DNA of 64,000 bases. Origin: Acidimicrobiia bacterium (GTDB lineage Bacteria; Actinomycetota; Acidimicrobiia; Acidimicrobiales; JANYDT01). A model generated the notes under the pieces. That model saw nothing but the letters and a program-made list of their open reading frames with translations, searched no databases and had not been told where the DNA came from. The stretch covers positions 4,883 to 68,882 of the forward strand of contig JANOYY010000037.1 of assembly GCA_031429095.1 (NCBI GenBank), in the 5' to 3' direction. Positions 55,446 through 64,000 of this stretch are shown one piece after another. Within the stretch, counting starts at the first letter, position 1. The number at the start of each line of letters is the position of its first letter. The position numbers were made by a program, and so were the translations under genes.

Positions 55446-57008
55446 GTGGACGACCAGATGGCACAAGCGGTGATCAGTCCCGATTGGCTCCGATATCACG
55501 CCCGCTCACGGCCGGAGGCGGTAGCCGTTGTCGACATCGGTTCGGGGCGGCGATTCACGTACGAAGAGTTCAACCTCCGGGCCGAATGCCTGGCTGCGTC
55601 CATGCAACTTGACTTCGGGATCCAGGCGGGCGACCGAGTGGCCATCTACAGCCAGAACACATCGAACATCTTCGAGGTGCAGTTCGCCTGCTGGAAGCTC
55701 GGCGCCTCCTATGTTCCCCTGAACTGGCGTCTGGCGTTACGCGAACTCGTCTACATCGCCACCGACTGCTCGCCCAAAATGCTGTTCCACGAGGGAGAAC
55801 GGGCCGACGTAGCCGAGGCGTTCGCGACAACCGCGGGCATCACGCAACGCGTCTGCTGGGACGGTGTTAGCTCGGGTGCGGCGGACTACGAATCGATGCT
55901 CGTTACCTCGGATTCGACATTCGTACGCGCGCAGAACAGTCATGACACGCTCGCATGCGTTATGTACACGTCCGGCACGACCGGACATCCAAAAGGGGCG
56001 ATAATCACCCACGGCGCGATGCTGTGGAATATCCTCAGCGCAACGGCGCCCTTCGCATTCCGGGCGGGCATGGTGAACCTGTCCATCCTGCCGCTGTTCC
56101 ATATCGGCGGCATCAACGCGTTTGCCAACCCGGCCTTCCACTATGGCGGTACGAGCCACATCACCCGTGCCTTCGATCCCGCCCTCACCCTTGAGCTGCT
56201 GAACGACCCAACGATCGGTATCACCCACTTCCTCTGTGTTCCGTCGAACTATCTGTTCATGAGCCAGGACCCGCGCTTCGAGACGGCGACGTTCCCGACC
56301 CTCGTTACGGCCGGGATCGGTGGCGCCCCCACACCGCTGGCACTCCTGGAGCGTTGGGCCGCCAAGGGTGTGATCCTCCAGCAGGGGTACGGGATGACGG
56401 AAAGCGCAGCAACAATAAGCGCGCAGACGAAATCCGAGGCGATCGAAAAGGTCGGCTCGATCGGCACTCCGCTCTTGCACCTCGAACACCGGATTGTCGA
56501 TGAAAACGGAATCGACGTGCCGGTCGGGGGTGTGGGGGAACTGTGGGTACGCGCCCCGAACATCAGCCCCGGATACCTGAACCGGCCCGATGCCAACGAG
56601 TCGAGTTACACCGACGGTTGGTTCCACACGGGCGACGCAATGAAGGAAGACGCCAACGGTGCCCTGTACATCCTTGACCGATGGAAGGACATGTACATCT
56701 CGGGTGGCGAGAACGTGTACCCAGCGGAAGTAGAAAATGTGCTCTACGGCATTGATGGGATTCTCGAAGCGGCGGTGATCGGCGTACCCGACGAACGATG
56801 GGGCGAAGTCGGCAAGGCCTACGTCGTCCGCAAGCCAGACGACGCGGGCAGGTCACTGAAGGCACAAGAGATCACCGACCGTTGCGTCGCCGACCTGGCC
56901 AAGTACAAGGTGCCGCGCTACATCGAGTTCATCGACGAACTCCCCCACAACGCCACGGGCAAGATCCTTAAACGTGACCTCCGATCTCGCGCCGCGCCGG
57001 TCGGTTAA
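55446..57008 (+). CDS. AMP-dependent acyl-CoA synthetase/ligase (FadD-like)
   Basis: MYTSGTTGHPKGA (AMP motif), QGYGMTES, TGD, GKILKRDLR. Confidence 0.88.
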   Translation: MDDQMAQAVISPDWLRYHARSRPEAVAVVDIGSGRRFTYEEFNLRAECLAASMQLDFGIQAGDRVAIYSQNTSNIFEVQFACWKLGASYVPLNWRLALRELVYIATDCSPKMLFHEGERADVAEAFATTAGITQRVCWDGVSSGAADYESMLVTSDSTFVRAQNSHDTLACVMYTSGTTGHPKGAIITHGAMLWNILSATAPFAFRAGMVNLSILPLFHIGGINAFANPAFHYGGTSHITRAFDPALTLELLNDPTIGITHFLCVPSNYLFMSQDPRFETATFPTLVTAGIGGAPTPLALLERWAAKGVILQQGYGMTESAATISAQTKSEAIEKVGSIGTPLLHLEHRIVDENGIDVPVGGVGELWVRAPNISPGYLNRPDANESSYTDGWFHTGDAMKEDANGALYILDRWKDMYISGGENVYPAEVENVLYGIDGILEAAVIGVPDERWGEVGKAYVVRKPDDAGRSLKAQEITDRCVADLAKYKVPRYIEFIDELPHNATGKILKRDLRSRAAPVG

Positions 57009-57095
57009 TTCGAATCGCTGCTTCATTCATGGAGATTTTGTCGGAACCTTCGAAAGAAATTAGATCCAACCCGCGTTCGGCAGCGAACAGGCGGC

Positions 57096-58019
57096 ATGGC
57101 TACTCGACGACTTGGAAGTTTCGGTAGACGTAAAAGCGTTGCACTGGTTGGCGCAATCGCAATTGCGTTGGGAGTGTGGGCAGTCCTTGCTCGAGAGGAC
57201 AGACCAAGTTACGGCGGACGACCGTCGGAGTCGTTGAATTTCAAGGTGCCGGATCGAATCGGCGCAGAACGGACAAACGCGAACATCGATGCCTCGACGC
57301 GCCAGGTAGTCACGAGGGCAAGCTCCGCAAACAAACTGACGCAGCGAGTCGATCAGTCGACGGCACTTGCCTCAGGCAATTCATTCGTCGACGCAGTTGT
57401 CCGCAGAGACGCAGCCACCGCTTTTCATTTGCTGGTTAGAGAGGATCAGCTGTTCTTCGGGTCGCCCGCCCAGTTTGGCGCAGCGTTGGCTCGATCGGCG
57501 CCCTGGCTTGACGCGCAGGTGTCGGTCACTGGCCCTTCGATCGTGGCTACGGTCCGACGACAGCCCCAACTCGATGACGCACTCGGCCTGATCACCGCAA
57601 ATGCAACCGTGGAGCTCTCCGCCGTAAATGAATCAGGTTTGTGGCACGTCGACTGGAGAAACCGCACAGTCTCGGCCGAACCTACCCTGGCTAGTGCGCA
57701 AGCGATCACCGATGTCGCCCTCTGGGCCGAGACTCGCCAGAAGTGCCAGCCGGACTCAACCCTGGAACACGACACCGGCCTTGTCGGGGTGTCCGGATTT
57801 GCGGCGTCGCTTTGTAAAGCCGAGGGTGTCGTTTCGGTGGGCGACGTTTCGTCCTTGGACACTCTCGACGATGCCGGCCCATTTTTCGATGCCTTCGGTT
57901 CCGACGTTATGACCTGGGGTCGTGTCGTTCAACTACGTACACCTATGAATATGCAAGTCGTCGTGGCACCCATTGGCGAGCGGTGGGTCGTTGTTGGACT
58001 TGCTCGCCCCGAAACCTGA
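57096..58019 (+). CDS. Hypothetical membrane-anchored/secreted protein
   Basis: N-terminal basic region plus TM segment (VALVGAIAIALGVWAVL). No recognised domain. Confidence 0.45.
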   Translation: MATRRLGSFGRRKSVALVGAIAIALGVWAVLAREDRPSYGGRPSESLNFKVPDRIGAERTNANIDASTRQVVTRASSANKLTQRVDQSTALASGNSFVDAVVRRDAATAFHLLVREDQLFFGSPAQFGAALARSAPWLDAQVSVTGPSIVATVRRQPQLDDALGLITANATVELSAVNESGLWHVDWRNRTVSAEPTLASAQAITDVALWAETRQKCQPDSTLEHDTGLVGVSGFAASLCKAEGVVSVGDVSSLDTLDDAGPFFDAFGSDVMTWGRVVQLRTPMNMQVVVAPIGERWVVVGLARPET

Positions 58020-58182
58020 GCTCGAGGCACCGCACCCGTAGCCGCCGCCGCTTCCATATCCACTGAGTCTCGTTCTCCCGTCAACTACGGGCGATTGGGA
58101 ACGCTGTTCGCCGCGCTCCCGAATCAAACGTGACGTGCCATCCACTCGTCACGCTCCACCCACATGCAGTGAAAGGACTCAC

Positions 58183-59583
58183 ATGAAAAAGCATCGAAGA
58201 AGAAACGTGCTTCTGGCGGCTGGCATTTCTGCCATTGTCGCCGCGACCACGGCAGGGCCATCCTTGGCCTCAAGTCATCGCGAGGCCCCGGGAATCACCG
58301 AAGATCCCGTGGCCGACATCACCGACGTATATGCATTCGTCAGCCCTGACCGAGCTGAGACCACAACTCTCATCATGAACGTCAATCCGTTCGAACTCGC
58401 GGGCGGTGGCCCAAACTTCCACAAGTTCGGAGACGACGTACTTTATGAATTCAAGGTCGACAACAATGGCGATGCCGTTGAGGACGTTACCTACCAGTTC
58501 CGTTTCAAAACGACGACCACGAATCCGAATACCTTTCTTTACAACACTGGACAGGTCACAGCACTTGACGATCCCGATCTCAACGTGCGCCAGAGCTACA
58601 CGGTCACCGAGATCCGTGACGGCAAGCGGAGAAGGATCGGGGCCAACCTTCCGGTTGCTCCGGCCAACGTGGGACCGCGCTCGATGCCGGACTACAAATC
58701 CCTTGCCGCGGGAGCTGTCCGTCCGGTAAATCATGGGATCACGTCGTTCGCTGGACCTCGTGACGACCCGTTCTTCGCCGATCTTGGGTCAATATTTGAC
58801 CTCGGCGGTCTTCGGCCGTTTAACGAGGCGCATCTCATCAAGCTTCCGAAGGCGGAAGGTCAGGATTACCTTGCCGGGTTCAACGTCCATACGATTGCGC
58901 TTCAGGTTCCAACGAAACGACTCGTGGCCGGCGATCCTGTCATCGGCATGTGGGCAACCAGCTCCCGCCGACGCGGCGCGACCGATCGATGGAACCGCCA
59001 GGATGCCGGGACGGAAGAGGGCCAGAGCAACGGCCGTGAGGATGATGGGGGCAAGTGGCAACAAGTCGCCCGCCTTGGTCAGCCACTGGTCAACGAAGCA
59101 GTGATCCCGATTGGCCAAAAGGACCTGTTCAACAGTTCTCCGCCCAGCAACGACGCTCAGTTCGCAGCGAGCGTCATCGACCCCGAACTTGGCAAACTCA
59201 TTCCATTTCTCTATCCAGGGGTTGAGGTTCCGAAATCAGTGGACGTTGGCTTGGGTCTTGGTGGTCGTGAAGACCTCGCCACGATCTTCCTGACCGGCAT
59301 TCCGGGCGTGAACAAGCCGGCCAACGTGAAGCCAGCCGAAATGCTGCGTCTCAACACGACAACGAAGAGCGGCTTCCCGAACGGGCGCCTACTGAGTGAT
59401 GACGTTGTGGACGTGGCATTCCAAGTCATTGCCGGTGCAACGGACTTCTCACCGGAGTTCAAGAAGTTTCCCAACAATGCGTTGGGTGACGGGGTGAACA
59501 GCAACGACAAGCCATTTGGTACAGAGTTCCCGTACGTGGCTGAGCCGTTCTCGGGCTACGGCTCCGTGGCTTCCGCAAAGTAA
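58183..59583 (+). CDS. DUF4331 domain-containing secreted protein
   Basis: ATG 58183 with GAAAGGA Shine-Dalgarno. Signal peptide then SSHREAPGITEDPVADITDVYAFVSPD, the typical DUF4331 N-terminus. Confidence 0.8.
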   Translation: MKKHRRRNVLLAAGISAIVAATTAGPSLASSHREAPGITEDPVADITDVYAFVSPDRAETTTLIMNVNPFELAGGGPNFHKFGDDVLYEFKVDNNGDAVEDVTYQFRFKTTTTNPNTFLYNTGQVTALDDPDLNVRQSYTVTEIRDGKRRRIGANLPVAPANVGPRSMPDYKSLAAGAVRPVNHGITSFAGPRDDPFFADLGSIFDLGGLRPFNEAHLIKLPKAEGQDYLAGFNVHTIALQVPTKRLVAGDPVIGMWATSSRRRGATDRWNRQDAGTEEGQSNGREDDGGKWQQVARLGQPLVNEAVIPIGQKDLFNSSPPSNDAQFAASVIDPELGKLIPFLYPGVEVPKSVDVGLGLGGREDLATIFLTGIPGVNKPANVKPAEMLRLNTTTKSGFPNGRLLSDDVVDVAFQVIAGATDFSPEFKKFPNNALGDGVNSNDKPFGTEFPYVAEPFSGYGSVASAK

Positions 59584-59589
59584 AAGCAT

Positions 59590-60966
59590 ATGACCTCGAC
59601 AACGGATCCTCGCGAAATCAAACGTTCGACTCGGCCTCGGGGCCGTCGTCGAGGTCTTTTGCCTCTTCGATCAAAGCCTTCCCGGGTTTTGATAGCAATA
59701 GGTGCACTTATTATTGTAGTTGTGGTTGTAGGGGCTGTTGCTGGTTCGGTGACTCGAAGTTCTGAAACGGGCGTGCAGCAACCGTCCGGGAATTCTCCAG
59801 TTCCCGCAACCCTCGATTCTCGGATTAGCGAGCTTGAGCGGCGTGCGCGCCGATCGCCCGACGATGGGAATGCCTTTGTGGCCCTAGGCTCCGCACATAT
59901 CCGCAAGGTCTACGAAACAGGTGATCCGAGTTCGTATGCAGCCGCGCAGTCAGCGGTTCAGAAAGCTCGATCGCTTCTCGGGGATTCACCGGAGTCGCTG
60001 CTTGTCGCGGCAAACCTCGCCTTGTCCCAACACCGGTTCGGGGAAGCGCTCGAACTCGCCCGTCGTGTGCATGCGGATCAGCCGAATCGTGCAGCGGTAC
60101 TGATGCCACTTATCGATGCAAACGTCGAGACTGGCCACTACGACGATGCACGTATGTATGTAACGCAACTGGTGGAGCTGCGACCCAGCGTCGCTGCGCT
60201 GTCTCGGAGATCCTACCTTCGTCAGTTGGGCGGTGACCTGGAGGGTGCGGCGGCGGACATGCGCCAGGCCGTGCAGGCCGCGCCGACCGGAACGATCGAT
60301 CAGGCGGTGGCACTCGGATACCTCGGCGACGTGGAGCTCGAACGGGGCAACTTGAAGAAAGCCCAGCGTGCTTACGATCGAGCCCTGGCAATCTCTCCAC
60401 GCCTGCCGCACGCTGTGCTGGGTCGGGCGTTCGTTGATGTGGGTCTTGGCAACCTCGAAGCTGCGTCGAGCAGGCTTGACGTGCTAAATGGAAGTACTCC
60501 ATTGCCGGGCGCGATAGCTATGCGCGCAGAGCTTGCCCGAGGTGTAGGTGACGCCACCAATGCGCGTGTGAACGACGAATTGTTCGATGCAACCGCGAGC
60601 TTGTACGAGGCAAGCGGCGCCGTGCTTGACGTCGAGTTCGCCATTGCCCTCGCTGACCGGGGCGATCCCCGAGCCGTGGTGGTTGCGCAGCGAGCCTACG
60701 ATGCACACCACACGATCTTCACGGCCGATGCGCTTGGTTGGTCGCTCTACCGTGCCGGTCGCGCGGTGGAAGCAGCGCCCTATGCGCAAGAAGCAATTGC
60801 GACCGACCCGGCCGTGGGCTCGATCCACGCGCACGCAGCACTCATCTTTGCCACCGCCGGTGATACGTCGGCAACCGACCAGGAGCTTCGCAAAGCTCAT
60901 CGCAGCGCGGCGCTGATGCTCCCTCTTCCGAAGCTGTTGAGGCAGCTCTCCGCTGGCCGGCAATGA
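59590..60966 (+). CDS. Tetratricopeptide-repeat protein with N-terminal TM anchor
   Basis: TM segment (VLIAIGALIIVVVVVGAVAG) followed by repeated A/L/Y-rich TPR-like helices. Starts 6 nt after the DUF4331 stop. Confidence 0.7.
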   Translation: MTSTTDPREIKRSTRPRGRRRGLLPLRSKPSRVLIAIGALIIVVVVVGAVAGSVTRSSETGVQQPSGNSPVPATLDSRISELERRARRSPDDGNAFVALGSAHIRKVYETGDPSSYAAAQSAVQKARSLLGDSPESLLVAANLALSQHRFGEALELARRVHADQPNRAAVLMPLIDANVETGHYDDARMYVTQLVELRPSVAALSRRSYLRQLGGDLEGAAADMRQAVQAAPTGTIDQAVALGYLGDVELERGNLKKAQRAYDRALAISPRLPHAVLGRAFVDVGLGNLEAASSRLDVLNGSTPLPGAIAMRAELARGVGDATNARVNDELFDATASLYEASGAVLDVEFAIALADRGDPRAVVVAQRAYDAHHTIFTADALGWSLYRAGRAVEAAPYAQEAIATDPAVGSIHAHAALIFATAGDTSATDQELRKAHRSAALMLPLPKLLRQLSAGRQ

Positions 60967-61050
60967 ACTGATCGGCGAAGCCGGTGATCCACGAAGTCCG
61001 CTACTGCGGCAACTGACGCGCCACGCGAAAATCGATGTTAAACATTCGCC

Positions 61051-61440
61051 GTGCCGCATATAACTATTGAGTACTCGGCCAACGTGGGCGAGATTCACGA
61101 CATCGAGCGCTTGGTCGATGTGGTGCATGCCGCGGCTCTGGCGACGGGTATGCCAAGTCTCGATGCCTTGCGGACACGTGCCGTTGGACGCCAGCACTAT
61201 CGCGTCGCCGATGGACAACCGGATCGTGCGTTTGTCGCCATAACGGGTCGCGTGGCCCCCGGCCGTGAACCAGCGGCGAAGACCGCGTTCATAACCGCAA
61301 TTCTTGATGCGGCGATGGAGCAGTTGGCGTCGGAGTCCAACGAACTGGCGATCGCCTGGTCGGTCGAACTCCAAGAAGTCGACCCCGATTCGCGGATCAA
61401 CCGAAACGAAATTCGTACCCGTATGGCGGCGGGTCGTTAG
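61051..61440 (+). CDS. 5-carboxymethyl-2-hydroxymuconate isomerase (CHMI) family / tautomerase superfamily protein
   Basis: MPHITIEYSAN N-terminus (Pro1) and about 129 aa, typical of CHMI. Confidence 0.72.
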   Translation: MPHITIEYSANVGEIHDIERLVDVVHAAALATGMPSLDALRTRAVGRQHYRVADGQPDRAFVAITGRVAPGREPAAKTAFITAILDAAMEQLASESNELAIAWSVELQEVDPDSRINRNEIRTRMAAGR

Positions 61441-61449
61441 CTTGACCAA

Positions 61450-62751
61450 CTACGAGTCCCATTCCACGAAGAGCGCTTCAGGCCCTCGGAACGTGATGTT
61501 GGGAAAGTACGTCAACTTTTGATCGTCCACCAGACGTAGCGATGGAAGTCGTTTTGAAAGGAGTTCAAGTGCGATTCGTGCTTCGATGCGAGCCAGGCTT
61601 GAGCCCAGGCAAAAGTGGATTCCCTTTCCGAACGAGATGTGCTGGTTCGCGTTTGCTCGGTGGATGTCGAACGTATTGGGATCGTCAAACGTTTCCGGTT
61701 CGCGGTTCGCGGCCGCAAAGTTCAACATGAGCCGGGTTCCGGCGGGCAGATCTATCCCGCCCAAAGTCGTTGGCTGTGTGGTGATACGACGCCACGAGAC
61801 CTGGCTCGATTCGAACCGCAACGTTTCCTCCACTGCGGCCGCCGCAAGAGACGGGTCGTCGCACAGGGCATCCCACTGGTCTCGCCGGGTAAGCAAACAC
61901 AGCAGTGTGTTGCAGAGCAGCGAGGTGACCGGGTCGTGACCGGCGAACGAGATGCCGTATACGATCGACTCGACTTCGCGATAGGCGATGCCCGTGCCGT
62001 TCGTTGGGTCGGGGTCAGCGTCATGGGCGTCGAGTAACTCTGAGGTGAAATCGTCAGCGCGCGTATCACGGCGCTGCCCAACGAACTCTCGGCAGTAGCG
62101 CCAGTAGTCAAGCATGCCGGCAGCAATCTGCGATTGCTCTTCGGGGGTCGGCTTTCCCCATGAAAACGCTCGCCGGTTCACGCACCAAGTTTTGATACGC
62201 GCGTCGTCCGCTCGTGGAAAACCGATGAAACGAAACACAATCTCCGCGGGGAGTGGGAAGGCGAGTGCACGTACGTATTCAGCAGGAGAACCGCTCGAGA
62301 TCATCTGATCGAGTAGCTCGGTCGCGCGCTCGCGCATATATGCCTCGAGGGTCTTGAGGCGCCGATTGGAAAACCCCTTTCGGGTGTAGACGCGTAAGCG
62401 GCCGTGGTCGGGTTCGGGGCGATTCGACATCACCGCCACGGGATTGAAATCCGGTGCAGCGAGAACTGACGCAGCTTCGGGCGCCAATGCGAAAATCGGA
62501 TCCTGAACGTTGGTCGACGCAAACACGTCGGGGTTCAAAAAGACGGTCTCGATGTCGGCCATCTTCGTGACCACGACATGACCGAGCGATTCCGCAAAGA
62601 AGATCGGATGGCTCTCGCGCAGGTCCGACGCAATCGGATAGGGATCCGCCAAGTATTGATCGTCGAGCGGGGACCAACTCTGGTGCATCGGACACCCGGC
62701 CGGGGCGGTCCCCGCCGCGCTCGGCGCCTGGTGATAAGTATTGCCGCTCAT
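61450..62751 (-). CDS. Cytochrome P450
   Basis: Heme-binding loop FGKGIHFCLGSSLAR, ExxR (EETLRF), I-helix AGHD. Confidence 0.92.
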   Translation of the reverse strand: MSGNTYHQAPSAAGTAPAGCPMHQSWSPLDDQYLADPYPIASDLRESHPIFFAESLGHVVVTKMADIETVFLNPDVFASTNVQDPIFALAPEAASVLAAPDFNPVAVMSNRPEPDHGRLRVYTRKGFSNRRLKTLEAYMRERATELLDQMISSGSPAEYVRALAFPLPAEIVFRFIGFPRADDARIKTWCVNRRAFSWGKPTPEEQSQIAAGMLDYWRYCREFVGQRRDTRADDFTSELLDAHDADPDPTNGTGIAYREVESIVYGISFAGHDPVTSLLCNTLLCLLTRRDQWDALCDDPSLAAAAVEETLRFESSQVSWRRITTQPTTLGGIDLPAGTRLMLNFAAANREPETFDDPNTFDIHRANANQHISFGKGIHFCLGSSLARIEARIALELLSKRLPSLRLVDDQKLTYFPNITFRGPEALFVEWDS

Positions 62752-62769
62752 CGTTCTCCGATCGGATGT

Positions 62770-63201
62770 TCAGGAAGCGGAGTGGAGAAACTCAACCCAG
62801 TTTCCGTCGGGGTCCTCCACCAGCGAGATAGTCACGCCTGGACGCACCGTAGTCACCGGCACTGGAATTTTGTAACCCTCTAGACGCAGACGATCGACGA
62901 TCTCCTCAAGGTTCTGCACCCAGAATGTGAAGTACCGGATACCGACCGCAGCGTCCGGCCCTCCGGGCGGGTTCTGTGCGGCCGGAGGGGTGTTGTGCTG
63001 CGTGAACTTCAGGGTGACGGATCCGGCCTGCACGCGGTGCATGACACCGCCAGGGCCGAGCGGGAACGCGATGTCGGCCACATGGACGAATCCGAGAATG
63101 TCGACGTAGAACCGCTTGGTGGCCTCCCAATCACGAATGATTATTCCGAGATCGACGTTGTCCTTGTTTGCATCGAGCTTTACGAGCGGTGCGCTGTTCA
63201 T
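62770..63201 (-). CDS. VOC (glyoxalase/bleomycin resistance/dioxygenase) family protein
   Basis: ATG 63201 with AAAGGAAG Shine-Dalgarno. RFYVDILGF and DPDGNWVEF motifs. Confidence 0.8.
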   Translation of the reverse strand: MNSAPLVKLDANKDNVDLGIIIRDWEATKRFYVDILGFVHVADIAFPLGPGGVMHRVQAGSVTLKFTQHNTPPAAQNPPGGPDAAVGIRYFTFWVQNLEEIVDRLRLEGYKIPVPVTTVRPGVTISLVEDPDGNWVEFLHSAS

Positions 63202-63241
63202 AGTCGGCTTCCTTTTCGGTTGTGCGTTCGTGAGCATGGTT

Positions 63242-63376
63242 CGGGAAAGCATTTTGACCCGTCGCAGCCCGGAGGCAGATATGGTTCATTCCGAGTTCGG
63301 TGACGGTGCGCAGCTGCTCGTCGAAGTCGGCACTTATCTCATCGGCAAACCCGGAGATTGTCAGTCCCTCAATCAC
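63242..63376 (-). pseudogene. N-terminal remnant (about 45 codons) of a sugar phosphate isomerase/epimerase (xylose-isomerase-like TIM barrel) gene
   Basis: (M)IEGLTISGFADEISADFDEQLRTVTELGMNHICLR matches the typical N-terminus of this ~280-aa family. The reading frame then degenerates and runs into the VOC gene upstream region. Confidence 0.35.
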
Positions 63377-63405
63377 GGTTGCATTCTTACCTCAAGGATC
63401 CACGG

Positions 63406-64000
63406 ATGAACACAACCACACTCGACTCTTTCCGCCTCGACGGTCGTGTGGCGGTCGTGATCGGAGGCACCGGCGTGCTGTGCGGTCGGATGGCGGCATC
63501 GCTAGCCGGGGCCGGGGCGCGAACGGTGATCGTCGGCCGTGACCAAAGCAAGGCGACAGCTGCGCTCGAAACTATGCGTGCAGAGGGTTCCGATGTGGAG
63601 TTTGAGCCCTGTGATGTGGTCAATCGATCAGCATTGAAGAGCCTCGTTGACCGAGTCCTGACCTCTCACGGTCGCATCGATGTCCTGGTCAACGGCGCGG
63701 GGATAAACTCGGCAACGCCCTTCTTCGAGATCGACGACGACGAGATGGAACGGATCGTGGCGACGAACCAGTACGCCGTTGTCCGGGCGTGTCAGGAGTT
63801 CGGCAGGTACTTCACGAATCGCGCATCGACGACCGGTCAAGGGGCCAGCATTATCAATGTCGGCAGCGCGTCAGGCCTTGCGCCGCTATCGAGAGTATTC
63901 ACGTATTCGATGACGAAGGCTGCTATCCACAACCTTACCAAGAACCTGGCTCGGGAGTGGGGGCCGTTGGGGATTCGCTGCAATGTGTTGGTTCCCGGTT
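63406..64000 (+). CDS. SDR family oxidoreductase; 3' end lies outside the window
   Basis: My translation from ATG 63406 (AAGGA Shine-Dalgarno) gives MNTTTLDSFRLDGRVAVVIGGTGVLCG.... NGAG and YSMTKAA (YxxxK) motifs. Not in the ORF track because no stop falls in the window. Confidence 0.85.
   Translation, partial: MNTTTLDSFRLDGRVAVVIGGTGVLCGRMAASLAGAGARTVIVGRDQSKATAALETMRAEGSDVEFEPCDVVNRSALKSLVDRVLTSHGRIDVLVNGAGINSATPFFEIDDDEMERIVATNQYAVVRACQEFGRYFTNRASTTGQGASIINVGSASGLAPLSRVFTYSMTKAAIHNLTKNLAREWGPLGIRCNVLVPG

Noticed and set aside
61035-61045. AT-rich 11-bp palindrome ATGTTAAACAT, 6 nt upstream of the CHMI-family gene start.
   Set aside because: It is short and present as a single copy. It could be an operator, but nothing else supports that.
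1-64000. A search for tRNA, rRNA, transposase, integrase or phage genes.
   Set aside because: None recognised. All intergenic regions are under ~330 nt, and the longest (50918-51241) is explained by the cimA leader. I could not run covariance-model searches, so small ncRNAs cannot be excluded.

Overview
High-GC (about 60-65%), gene-dense chromosomal window of actinobacterial character, possibly Acidimicrobiia-like (inference from protein families only). I found no rRNA, tRNA, CRISPR array, transposase, integrase or prophage genes. About 58 protein-coding genes can be supported. Many long ORFs in the track are antisense or off-frame shadows typical of GC-rich DNA. Content in order: a mycofactocin-associated locus (FadH/OYE reductase, proline-racemase-family enzyme, divergent mftB-mftC); an O-antigen-ligase-like protein, nitronate monooxygenase and a PQQ-type sugar dehydrogenase; the conserved RDD / SpoIIM-like / DUF58 / MoxR / DUF4350 / DUF4129 module with two paralogous membrane proteins; a tandem acyl-CoA dehydrogenase pair; ald with a divergent Lrp/AsnC regulator; a potADBC-like polyamine ABC transporter; a Tat/lipoprotein intradiol-dioxygenase-like protein; leuB, yaaA, transporters and hydrolases; ilvE followed by four oxidoreductase/aminotransferase genes; livJHMGF; hisS; an MFS pump; putA with an overlapping PAS-AraC regulator; cimA; a large polytopic membrane protein; an acyl-CoA synthetase; a DUF4331/TPR pair; and CHMI, P450, VOC and SDR genes. 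Two observations stand out. (1) mftB-mftC has no canonical MftA precursor in the expected upstream slot and no mftD/E/F downstream. The slot is filled by a 9-nt tandem repeat that is open in several frames, and a sister copy of that repeat sits upstream of hisS. (2) A 25-codon leader ORF with four consecutive Ile codons, followed by two GC-rich hairpins and a T-rich tract, lies upstream of cimA and looks like an isoleucine attenuator. All functional calls rest on motif recognition from memory, not on database searches.
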